Part shown: in pieces, positions 52,458-64,000 of the stretch
Layout: each line of letters starts with the position of its first letter
How positions within the stretch are numbered: position 1 is the stretch's first letter
Origin: Ylistrum balloti
Lineage: Eukaryota
NCBI RefSeq assembly: GCF_031769215.1
Contig: NW_026782078.1
Coordinates: 496,001-560,000, forward strand
Reading direction: 5' to 3'
Length of the DNA stretch: 64,000 nt
Translations under genes and position numbers: made by a program
Notes under the pieces: model-generated
Seen by the model: only the letters and a program-made list of their open reading frames with translations
Databases searched by the model: none
Told to the model about the DNA's origin: nothing

Positions 52458-54155
52458 CTAGGAGTTATACTTCCCAAAGGTTGCGTAGTATTCTAAAAAA
52501 GAAGTGAATCGAAAGAACACGGCTACGGACAATAAAAACCCATATACTTGATCCAATAATTCTTTAGAAAAATGAGCATTTTCTAATATGCGGGTACTTG
52601 GAAATTCAGCTATCAGGAAACTATAGGTAAACCAAAAAACTACATTCATGATCATTGTAAATATCAGGACCGATTCCAGTAAATCGACCTTGGATCGACC
52701 TTTCTGACAACGATTTGCCTGCAATAGAAAAACAACCTGTAGGTAATCCTGGAATAAACTTAGGATGCTTTTATAAAAAAAAATACTAGTGGCTGAATCG
52801 GGTAAAATATCACCGCCTAATATCTCGTAAAAATGAAACATAAAAACGCCGAATGCTGACAGCAAATAGACGTAATCGCATGGCCGTAGCGGTTTCGCTG
52901 TTTTATCAGGAACACAATCATTAATTAAACAAAAGAAACCAATAAAGAGCACAAGTGTCATTATAACTGTTAAAGCAAGCTCATACATTTCTGTGGCGTA
53001 ACGGATTTTGTCTAAATTTCCTATATCCATTGCCTGAGTGATATAACATATGACAAGTCCAAGTCCTGTTATTAAACTTCCAGCCAGTGTAAAAATATGT
53101 GATACCTTCTGTCTACTGCTATTGGCTTGTTGATTAACCTCGATTTCGGACATGGGACTACATGACTGGTATGGCATCTTACGTCTACCATCATTGTCTG
53201 GTTGATAGGTCCCGATTTCGGCCTGCCCGCTCCCGGGCTGTGTATCATCGCTAGAGGGAATGAGAGGTAACCGTTCGGAGTCAACTTGGTTAGTCTCATT
53301 TACCATAGTTGTGTGTTCGGAATCCCCCGGGTCATTGTCACGTGATTCGCTCTCAGAATGTGTCGACTGTATCGGTGACCATATTTCAAGAAGAATTGTA
53401 ATTGATAGAAGGGCATATTCAGCAAATGCTGGACCAAGAAAAAGACTTGATTTATGTAGAAGAACAATGATTGTACTGTTCCTTTCTATGCATGCTACGA
53501 GGTTATTATCAGCGCTGATTTTCTTAATCAGCTCAAATGTATCCCTCACGAAATATATGTACAGTATTACAGATATATTCGCTGTTAGAGCTAAAAACAT
53601 CACACAATTCACTGAAGTTGTCTGCCTCAGTTGAAAATGTGAAAAGTAGGAAAGAAAAACCATTTCAACGAATATCGAAAGAATTAACGTGACATTAAAA
53701 CAGAATAATATATTCCAAAAAAGATCTCCGTTAGTTTTTGAAAAACATTCCAGTTGCTTGGCGAGGAAAAAAGCACAATAAAATCCCGATGCTAAGCCGA
53801 AAACCCACAGAAATATCATCTGAAGCTTCATGGTGCTCGTATTTCTTCTGGCAGCAACCACAGAAAGGAGACCATGTCTCTGTACCGAAAATGCTAAGCT
53901 CAATATGCCTAACATTGTACAGACCATGATCACTGTCAGTAGAAACATAACCATCCCCCGTCGAATTCCTGCATGTGTTAATATATTAGGGCTGGAAGTG
54001 AAAACTAACACCGTTGTAGCGATGATCATCAGCAGGACACGGGACGAGATGCTACAGTCATGATACTGCTGTCCATTCCGTCGTCTCCGAACATGTCCGG
54101 CTGCAAACGGTAGAACGATAATTGACATAAACAGTTTACCACACGTGGAATCCAT
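52458..54155 (-). CDS. OTOP: Otopetrin-like protein, copy 3 (intronless CDS, 565 aa)
   Basis: Motifs FLWVFG, LALTANI, GPAFAEY...EIW, QDYLQVVFL, IMNVVFW, VFFRFTS. Acceptor at 54163-64. Confidence 0.9.
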   Translation of the reverse strand: MDSTCGKLFMSIIVLPFAAGHVRRRRNGQQYHDCSISSRVLLMIIATTVLVFTSSPNILTHAGIRRGMVMFLLTVIMVCTMLGILSLAFSVQRHGLLSVVAARRNTSTMKLQMIFLWVFGLASGFYCAFFLAKQLECFSKTNGDLFWNILFCFNVTLILSIFVEMVFLSYFSHFQLRQTTSVNCVMFLALTANISVILYIYFVRDTFELIKKISADNNLVACIERNSTIIVLLHKSSLFLGPAFAEYALLSITILLEIWSPIQSTHSESESRDNDPGDSEHTTMVNETNQVDSERLPLIPSSDDTQPGSGQAEIGTYQPDNDGRRKMPYQSCSPMSEIEVNQQANSSRQKVSHIFTLAGSLITGLGLVICYITQAMDIGNLDKIRYATEMYELALTVIMTLVLFIGFFCLINDCVPDKTAKPLRPCDYVYLLSAFGVFMFHFYEILGGDILPDSATSIFFYKSILSLFQDYLQVVFLLQANRCQKGRSKVDLLESVLIFTMIMNVVFWFTYSFLIAEFPSTRILENAHFSKELLDQVYGFLLSVAVFFRFTSFLEYYATFGKYNS

Positions 54156-54973
54156 GGCGAATCTGAAAAAATTTTTTTAAAAAATCATCTAATTTTGTAA
54201 CGTGTCCATCATTATACATAGCAGCATGTCTGACGTGTAGTGAAGAATTTTGCAGGCATGATTTAAATCAGTTGTTTGCTTAATATAATACCTGAGAGGA
54301 GGTATGTGTCGATAACTATTCAAATACCTTACAACAACATTGTGCCAAAAGCTTGCACGAACAGTTGTGCACGAGTTAGCACAATTTTTACAATTAGCAT
54401 TTAGGTTTTTTTCTAACTTCTAATTTTTTAATTCCTTTCAATTTTTTCTCGATTATTATGGGTCATTCAGGCTTTTTAATCTAAATGTTGAAAATTCTAG
54501 TGTTTAGTTTGGTATGTCACTTACAGTAGCGAAAACTTGGAGAGTTTGAAAGAAGTCCTGGTATGGATGGTTTCTATGGGGAGTGTAACACCAGCTGGAA
54601 TTACATCTTCAGAACCAAATACAAAATCGCCAGTTCATGTCATTAAAACAGAAAGTGTCAATCATATAGAACCGTCTTGTTCCTGATATAGAACAAATGT
54701 CCCTTACTTGGGCGGAAGCTCAACCTTGAGGCTAAAGACGAGGGCAACAAAAGAAATAAGGAAAAAGGCAACATAGGGAAGAAGACAATATCATGTTCAA
54801 TGGCTTTGTTATAGTAGCAAAATATCACGGATATAATATGATAGAAATGTTAATAAAAAAGATAATCATTACAAACTCAAGTGCATAGCATACTATTTTG
54901 CTGTCCATTTGCAAATAGAAGTCATTACTGAATCACTCATAAACTTCGGACAAATAAAAATATATAATCTTAC

Positions 54974-55075
54974 CTTTAGCTTGGTATCAGTGACTTTGTC
55001 TAATTATCGATTGTGGAATTGTACACAAAGTCGACGGGACTTGTCTTTCTACGCATAAGTCTGCTGAAGATTTCT
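54974..55075 (-). other. Putative non-coding first exon of OTOP-like 3 (5'-UTR intron 54163-54973)
   Basis: Donor aaag|gtaaga at 54973. The segment is conserved with 49425-49515 upstream of the OTOP pseudogene. TSS position is a guess. Confidence 0.5.
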
Positions 55076-55399
55076 GTTATCATTTGTTATATCATCCTTC
55101 TCCGCCAATGTCAGTCAGTCTGTCACTGTTAAACACTACTTACACTTCAACTACTACACTCTATGAAAACACTTTTCTCAACGGAAATAGGTTTGTCATG
55201 ATCTGGAGTACGGTGACACAATCTGTGGAGTACGGTGACACAATCTGGTTTAACCTTATACGGCGGAAATGCTTAAAAAACACAGAGTACAGCGATTTGT
55301 CAACAAAATTATAATTCAAACACAATTTCGATAAACTATGGCAAAGTATGAACAAAGTTAAGATTTACACGGTGAATCCTGAAAAGGCACTTGGAGAAT

Positions 55400-55572
55400 C
55401 AGACCTGGAGTCCCGGAAGTGTAAGGGTCTCCTACGTCATTGTCGACACTTGTCATGCCAATTCTGATCAATACGAGTAACTAACGTCACGTTCCCAAAC
55501 GAACTCAATGTGACCAACAACGGAACAACCCCTGGCTTACTTGTCGGACGCTCAACCAATCGAGCTAAAGAG
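55400..55572 (-). mobile_element. tRNA-derived SINE remnant
   Basis: Minus strand ctctttagctcgattggttgagcgtccgacaagtaagccagggg gives an A-box/D-arm and an AGT anticodon-like arm (tRNA-Thr-like). The T-arm/B-box is degenerate, so this is not a functional tRNA. Confidence 0.45.
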
Positions 55573-56676
55573 AAAATTTCTCTAGACGAGTGGTATATTG
55601 CGGCTAGTATTTTACCAGGGTTACACTATTGAAGGAAACTGAAATCATAACACATATCATATAACTTATTGGGCAGCATGTCATATTTGATCTGTTGTAA
55701 GAAAAGATCGAGGTAAATGGCTGATTTAGATGAGTCCGTAGTATCGTTGATTTCAATTCTGTTGGTTAGAAACGATGGTCATAGTGATTATATTTCTTGT
55801 TTTTTAGGTAAGACGGCACCAATATATATAAAAATGAAATTGAAAACAAGTGAGACAAGGGAGGGGGCAGATGGTTTCCTTAGGTGTGCCAATAGTCTGT
55901 TAGAAAGTAACAAAGGGGCAACTTTTTTGAAATATGAAAATCATCAGCAAATGGTAAGCTTTTTTTTTAAAAAACCAAAAAAAAAAAAAAAAAAGAAAAA
56001 AAAAATTCGGCTTGGTTGATATAAAATAGAGCACCAGTCGTCCAAGCCATTATTAGTTTGTTGAAGAAATAAATTTTTGAAGTCTCACTAGGTACGATAT
56101 CTAGAGTAACGAAAATTTTCCATTGTCTTTGGAAATTGTGCACAACTAATTTTTTTTTCAACTTTAGAAAACGTACTTCTTAAAAGTCTATAACTGCACA
56201 AATAGTTGGGATCATCCTCTTTATAAACATAGAAGAATGTTTTCATAAGTGTTACCCTCGCCCTCCCCAGCCCCTCTTCCACTACCAAACAAATTGTTAT
56301 GGATACCTTACAATAAATGGCTGTTGACATTATATATAGTAACATCCTGTAAGTGTACATGTTATCTGGGTAATGATTAGATAGTAAATATTATAACTGG
56401 AGTAAGATCTGATACGTCATTATCACGACTAAAAACTTCCTGCTAATTTCTAACGCTGTATTATTCATATAAGGAAATGTCTGTGTCATGTTTCCGGATC
56501 ACGTTGAAATTGTTTAACCCAGGAAATACCGGGTCCTTAGGTTTGAAAATCGTTTATATATGAAGAGAAAAATGTCCGCGTTATATTGAAAAAGCTGTTT
56601 TCACCTATTTTCATCTTTTTTTTTTATAAAAGATGTCTCATAATTTAAAAAAAAATCTAGCTTCTGACATTTCCTT

Positions 56677-56960
56677 CTGGACCTTCATGGTTCTTCGGTA
56701 ACCTAACAAGACTTTAACTATTTTGACCTTCATGGTGCTTAGGTAACCTTACTAGACTCAAAACTAAAATGCCTTTATCCATCGAGACCTATGTGCTAAG
56801 GTAACCTAACAAGACTTTAACAATCTGGACCTTTCATGGCGCTTATGAAACCTGACGAAACTTTAATCATTTGGACCTTTCATAGTGCTTAGGTAACCTA
56901 ACAAGACGTTAACCATCGGGGCCTTGGTGCAGAAAACACCTTACCAAGGCCGTAACCATG
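56677..56960. repeat. Degenerate 45-46-bp minisatellite, ~6 copies
   Basis: Recurring ggaccttcatggtgcttaggtaacctaacaagactttaac; ggtaacct cores at 56697, 56742, 56800, (56846) and 56892. Confidence 0.85.
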
Positions 56961-57299
56961 TTGTTTGAACAACTGGATCCTGGTGATAGGCCAAAATTTG
57001 AACCAATGACAAATAAGATCAATTGTTCAAAAAAGGAAAGCGTATTTTTTCCTTCATCGGCTTCATTAGAATCTCGGTCAATCTACGTAAATATTGTTAC
57101 GATCCAAGATACTAATAAGACTTTACAATAAAAGGAAAAACCATGCCAACAAGCAACACTTTAGGACGATTAAAATGACGTCATCGAAAGTTGCCAGCAA
57201 TAAAAAAGACTTTATATAGCATAAGAGTGTTTTAATGTTGGAATTGAATTATGTAAATTTGCAAGTGTTAGTTCTGGAAGTGTACCAACAATTTTCACG

Positions 57300-60200
57300 C
57301 CAAATACCACACAAATATAACACCAAATACTACATAAAAATTGCACCAATTATCACACAATAATAACGTCACATATCACATAAATGTAACACCACATATC
57401 ACACCCATAGAACATCAAATATCACACAAATGTAACTCCAAATATCATTCAAAGGTAACACCACATATCACACAAATGTAACACCACATATTACATAAAT
57501 ATAACACCAAATATTACACAAATATCACACAAATATAACACCATATATCACACAAATATGACACCACATATCACACAAATATAACACCACATATCACACA
57601 AATGTAACACCACATATCACACAAATACAACACCGAATATCACACAAATATAACACCACATATCACACAAATGTAACATATCACACAAATATAACAGCAA
57701 ATATCACACAAATGTAACATCATATATCACACAAATGTAACATATCACACAAATATAACACCAAATACCACACAAATATTACACCAAATATCACACAAAT
57801 ATAACACCACATATCACACAAATGTAACACCACATATTACACAAATATAACACCACATATCACACAAATGTAACACCAAATATCACACAAATATTACACC
57901 ACATATCACACAAATATAACACCAAATATCACACAAATATTACACCACATATCACACAAATGTAACATCATATATCACACAAATGTAACACCACATATTA
58001 CACCAATATAAGAGCAAATATCACACAAATGTAACACCACATATCACATAAATGTAACATCACATATCACACAAATATAACACCAAATATCACACAAATA
58101 TTACACCACATATCACACAAATGTAACATCATATATCACACAAATGTAACACCACATATTACACCAATATAACAGCAAATATCACACAAATGTAACACCA
58201 CATATCACATAAATGTAACATCACATATCACACAAATATAACACCACATATCACACAAATGTAACACCACATATCACACAAATATAACACCACATATCAC
58301 ACAAATATGACACCACATATCACACAAATATTACATCAGATATCGCATTCATGTAACACCAAATACCACACAAATATAACACCAAATATCACACAAATAT
58401 TACACCAGATATCGCATTCATGTAACACCAAATACCACACAAATATAACACCAAATATCACACAAATATTACACCAAATATCACACAAATGTAACATCAC
58501 ATATCACCCAAATATAACACCAAATATCACACAAATATTACATCAGATATCGCATTCATGTAACACCAAATACCACACAAATATAACACCAAATATCACA
58601 CAAATATTACACCAGATATCGCATTCATGTAACACCAAATACCACACAAATATAACACCAAATATCACACAAATATTACACCAAATATCACACAAATATA
58701 ACACCACATATCACACAAATGTAACACCACATATTACACAAATATAACACCACATATCACACAAATGTAACACCAAATATCACACAAATATTACACCACA
58801 TATCACACAAATATAACACCAAATATCACACAAATATTACACCACATATCACACAAATGTAACATCATATATCACACAAATATAACACCACATATCACAC
58901 AAATATGACATATCACACAAATATAACACCAAATATCACACAAATATTACACCACATATCACACAAATGTAACATCATATATCACACAAATGTAACACCA
59001 CATATTACACCAATATAAGAGCAAATATCACACAAATGTAACACCACATATCACATAAATGTAACATCACATATCACACAAATATAACACTAAATATCAC
59101 ACAAATATAACACCACATATCACACAAATGTAACACTAAATATCACACAAATATAACACCAAATATCACACAAATATTACACCACATATCACACAAATGT
59201 AACATCATATATCACACAAATGTAACACCACATATTACACCAATATAAGAGCAAATATCACACAAATGTAACACCACATATCACATAAATATAACACCAC
59301 ATATCACACAAATATAACACCACATATCACACAAATGTAACACTAAATATCACACAAATATAACACCACATATCACACAAATATAACACCACATATCACA
59401 CAAATGTAACACTAAATATCACACAAATATAACACCAAATATCACACAAATATTACACCACATATCACACAAATGTAACATCATATATCACACAAATGTA
59501 ACACCACATATTACACCAATATAAGAGCAAATATCACACAAATGTAACACCACATATCACATAAATGTAACATCACATATCACACAAATATAACACTAAA
59601 TATCACACAAATATAACACCACATATCACACAAATGTAACACTAAATATCACACAAATGTAACACCACATATCACACAAATACAACACCGAATATCACAC
59701 AAATATAACACCACATATCACACAAATATAACACTAAATATCACACAAATGTAACACCACATATCACACAAATATAACACTAAATATCACACAAATGTAA
59801 CACCACATATCACACAAATACAACACCGAATATCACACAAATATAACACCACATATCACACAAATATAACACTAAATATCACACAAATGTAACACCACAT
59901 ATCACACAAATATAACACTAAATATCACACAAATGTAACACTAAATATCACACAAATGTAACACCAAATATCACACAAATATAACACCAAATATCACACA
60001 AATATAACACTAAATATCACACAAATATAACACCACATATCACACAAATACAACACCGAATATCACACAAATATAACACTAAATATCACACAAATATAAC
60101 ACTAAATATCACACAAATATAACACCACATATCACACAAATGTAACACCACATATCACACAAATATAACACCACATATCACACAAATGTAACACCACATA

Positions 60201-61872
60201 TCACACAAATGTAACATCACATATCACCCAAATACAACACCGAATATCACACAAATATAACACTAAATATCACACAAATATAACACTAAATATCACACAA
60301 ATATAACACCACATATCACACAAATACAACACCGAATATCACACAAATATAACACCACATATCACACAAATATAACACTAAATATCACACAAATGTAACA
60401 TCACATATCACCCAAATACAACACCGAATATCACACAAATATAACACTAAATATCACACAAATGTAACACTAAATATCACACAAATATAACACTAAATAT
60501 CACACAAATGTAACACCAAATATCACACAAATATAACACCACATATCACACAAATATAACACCAAATATCACACAAATATAACACCACATATCACACAAA
60601 TATAACATCAAATATCACACAAATATAACACCACATATCACACAAATATAACACCACATATCACACAAATATAACATCAAATATCACACAAATATAACAT
60701 CAAATATCACACAAATATAACACCAAATATCACACAAATATAACACCACATATCACACAAATATAACATCAAATATCACACAAATATAACATCAAATATC
60801 ACACAAATATAACACCAAATATCACACAAATATTACACCACATATCACACAAATATAACACTAAATATCACACAAATTTAACATCACATATCACACAAAT
60901 ATAACACCACATATCACACAAATATAACACTAAATATCACACAAATTTAACATCACATATCACATAAATGTAACATCACATATCACCCAAATATAACACC
61001 AAATATCACACAAATATTACATCAGATATCGCATTCATGTAACACCAAATACCTCACAAATATAACATCAAATATCACACAAATATAACACCATATATCA
61101 CACAAATATAACACCACATATCACACAAATATAACACCAAATATCACACAAATTTAACATCACATATCACATAAATGTAACATCACATATCACACAAATA
61201 TAACACCACATATCACACATATAACATCAAATATCACACAAATGTAACATCAAATATCACACAAATATAACACCACATATCACACAAATGTAACATTACA
61301 TATCACACAAATGTAACACCACATATCACACATATAACATCAAATATCACACAAATGTAACTCCAAATATCATTCAAAGGTAACACCACATATCACACAA
61401 ATGTAACACCACATATTACACCAATATAACACCACATATCACATAAATATAACATCAAATATCATACAAATGTAACATCAAATATCACACAAATGTAACA
61501 CCACATATCACATAAATATAACATCAAATATCATACAAATGTAACATCAAATATCACACAAATGTAACACCACATATTACACCAATATAACAGCAAATAT
61601 CACACAAATATAACACCACATATTACACCAATATAACAGCAAATATCACACAAATATAACACCACATATTACACCAATATAACAGCAAATATCACACAAA
61701 TATAACACCACATATTACACCAATATAACAGCAAATATCACACAAATGTAACACCACATGTTACACCAATATAACAGCAAATATCACACAAAGGTAACAC
61801 CACATATTACACCAATATAACACCAAATATCACAAATATTACACCAAATATCACACACATATAACACCAAAT
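57300..61872. repeat. 4.6-kb satellite, 23-bp monomer (atatcacacaaat[ag]taacacc[ac]), ~200 copies
   Basis: Continuous A/C-rich, nearly G-free array on the + strand, with variant blocks spaced at multiples of 23 bp. Confidence 0.99.
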
Positions 61873-62523
61873 AACTGAATGACATATTCGTTACTTCATT
61901 TTTAAAACTCAAAATGCAAGTTATATGTGGTGACAAAATTTCAAGAACATTAATGAACTGAAAAATAAACAACAAAAAAGCTGTAGGAAACATGTGGTAT
62001 ACATTGCTGTAGCTAAACATTGTTTTCGTAAGGCACAATATTTAATGATCTGTTTAATAATCATAGACACAGTAAAAAGATTTTTTTGTCTCGATTCGTA
62101 ATTAAATGGTAAACATATATATTTTATAATGATAATGGCGAGGAAAAGTAATGAAAAGGCAGAAGTAAAATGTACAATGTAAATAAATGTATATTGAAAA
62201 GCGAATACTAAACGAAGTAAAAGTATATCGAGTCTTTTTAGTCTCAAATATAATTTCTTTTTCTAAAGAACCTGTTACAAAAAGCTGTGAAAAAAATGTC
62301 ATTGGGAAACAAAAGACAATATACTGCCGAATTTGTCACCCGTCAACAGAAAAAATACAGTTAGAAATGTCGATAAAAGGGAGAGGGTAGTATGAAAGAT
62401 ATGTGCTGTTTCACAACAAAAATGTTGCTTTTAGGGAAAACTTGTTTTGGTGTTAAATCCTATGGCAGGGTTACATTATACATTTATGATTTTTCTATTA
62501 CGTATGATTATGTAAAGAATGGT

Positions 62524-64000
62524 CTACGTGGTAAGCTTGTTGAAGGTTGTATGGAATTCTATAAAAGATGTAAATCTGAAGAAGACAGACATCGGTAGAA
62601 ATATGTCATACAACAGAGAACTTATATCTTCTGGAAGTTCATCTTGTGTCATTATCCGGGTCCTTGGAAATTCAGATAACAGAAAACTGTCGTTTAACCA
62701 CAGGATAAAGTTACTGACCATGATAAAAATCAGAACTGATTCGAGCAAATTCAGGTTTGATCGAGGATCAAACTTCCTACATCGATTAGCACAGAGTAAA
62801 AAGACAACTTGAAGATAATCTTGAAACATACCAAAGGCGCTTCTATACAAATGTAGTGGCGCTAAGTAATCGGACGACATGTCACCGGCGATTCCTTCAG
62901 ATATATGAGTGATAAAAATTCCAAAAGCCGACAACAGATACACATATTCTCTAAGCTTCAAACCAGTTGGTGAACCATTGGGACAGCAGTAACTGATTAA
63001 ACAAAAGAATCCGGAAAAAAGAGCAAGCGTCATGATACATTTCAAAATAAGTTCATACATTCCGGCGACATATCTAACAATTTCGATGTTTCCTATATCC
63101 ACAGCCATGGTTACGTAACAAATAACCAGTCCAATTCCCGTCGTTAAACTTACTGCCAATGTTACCATCTGACACAATGTCCTTTTACTTCTGTTTTCGG
63201 AATGTGGAGGACTAGTGCTGGCGACATTATCAAGCAGTGGTATCGTCTCAACCGTGTCCATGTCACTACTCTCCACATATACAAGATCACTTGAATCACT
63301 TTCTGGATTGTGTTTCGTTATGGGCGACCATATTTCAAGAATGATCGTGCAGGACAGAAGAGAATATTCCACACACGTTTGGTTTAAAAGTTGTCTCGCG
63401 TTTGCCTTAAAAGATGTTATGGTGCTGTTGTTTTGTAAACAGGAAACAAATTGGTCTTCAGAGCTGATTTCTTTAAAATATGACAGAGTATTATGCATAA
63501 TGTAAATGTAGATAATAACAGATATATTTGCAGTTAAAAGCATAAACATTACATAATTCACCAAGAGAGTCTGTTTCAATTTGAATGACGAAAAGTACGT
63601 TATTAAAATCATCTCTGAGAATAAAGACAAAATCAATAGTAAATTGAAACAAAATAAAGCCCTCCAATAAAATCCATCTGTTGATGTAACAAAACACTCG
63701 ATCTGTTTGCCGACGAATAATGCACAATACAATCCAGATGCCAGGCCAAATCCCCAAAGGAAAATAACCTGAAGTTTTGTGGAACCGCCATTTCGTCTTG
63801 AAGTTACCACGGATTGAACACCATTCCTCTGTACGAAACAGCCAAGGACGTAAATGCCAGTCAACCCAGAGACCATTGATAAGGACAACAGTATAACGAC
63901 GATTCCTAATCGATCTTCCGCGTGCGTGTGTATTCCTTTGCTGGAGGTAAAGACTATCACAATGGCAAGAACGATCAGGAACAAAACACGCGATGTAATG
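62524..64000 (-). CDS. OTOP: Otopetrin-like protein, copy 4 (5'-partial; frame open to the window edge)
   Basis: Reads ...ITSRVLFLIVLAIV at the edge. Motifs FLWGFG, LLTANI, NQTCVEY...EIW, QDYLQVVFL, VSNFILW, LPMSVFFRFTS. About 40 N-terminal residues lie beyond 64000. Confidence 0.9.
   Translation of the reverse strand, partial: ITSRVLFLIVLAIVIVFTSSKGIHTHAEDRLGIVVILLSLSMVSGLTGIYVLGCFVQRNGVQSVVTSRRNGGSTKLQVIFLWGFGLASGLYCALFVGKQIECFVTSTDGFYWRALFCFNLLLILSLFSEMILITYFSSFKLKQTLLVNYVMFMLLTANISVIIYIYIMHNTLSYFKEISSEDQFVSCLQNNSTITSFKANARQLLNQTCVEYSLLSCTIILEIWSPITKHNPESDSSDLVYVESSDMDTVETIPLLDNVASTSPPHSENRSKRTLCQMVTLAVSLTTGIGLVICYVTMAVDIGNIEIVRYVAGMYELILKCIMTLALFSGFFCLISYCCPNGSPTGLKLREYVYLLSAFGIFITHISEGIAGDMSSDYLAPLHLYRSAFGMFQDYLQVVFLLCANRCRKFDPRSNLNLLESVLIFIMVSNFILWLNDSFLLSEFPRTRIMTQDELPEDISSLLYDIFLPMSVFFRFTSFIEFHTTFNKLTT

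Noticed and set aside
55490-55572. Functional tRNA-Thr gene
   Set aside because: T-arm/B-box and acceptor stem cannot be formed; treated as a SINE head.
58307-58747. 146-aa ORF with 23-aa repeats
   Set aside because: Translation of the 69-bp trimer of the satellite; the G-poor strand makes stop codons rare.

Overview
AT-rich animal genomic DNA with spliceosomal GT-AG introns and two N gaps. The repeat types suggest a bivalve mollusc (inference; species not determinable). No rRNA, intact tRNA or CRISPR array was seen. Contents: (1) Four otopetrin-like (OTOP, proton-channel family) genes with intronless CDS, all on the minus strand (4860-6413, 43283-44914, 52458-54155, 62524->64000), plus a fifth pseudogene fragment (~48670-48908). 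(2) Three theta-class glutathione S-transferase genes: GST-A lacks exon 1 in this window, GST-B is complete (228 aa), and GST-C has lost exon 1. B and C sit head-to-head in an inverted duplication around a degenerate L1/Tx1-type LINE. (3) A 3-exon VKORC1 gene. (4) A 2-exon orphan secreted Gly/Pro/His/Tyr-rich protein. (5) Several transposon remnants and tandem arrays, including a 4.6-kb 23-bp satellite. Most notable observations: the OTOP-like clade lacks two family-typical TM histidines yet keeps an acidic dileucine sorting motif in all four copies, suggesting organellar channels; a 54-bp VNTR multiplies a GST splice acceptor; GST-C has a candidate replacement first exon; and a 49-bp minisatellite was amplified from the putative OTOP 5' exon. 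Gene models were read by eye from splice sites and frames; no database searches were run.
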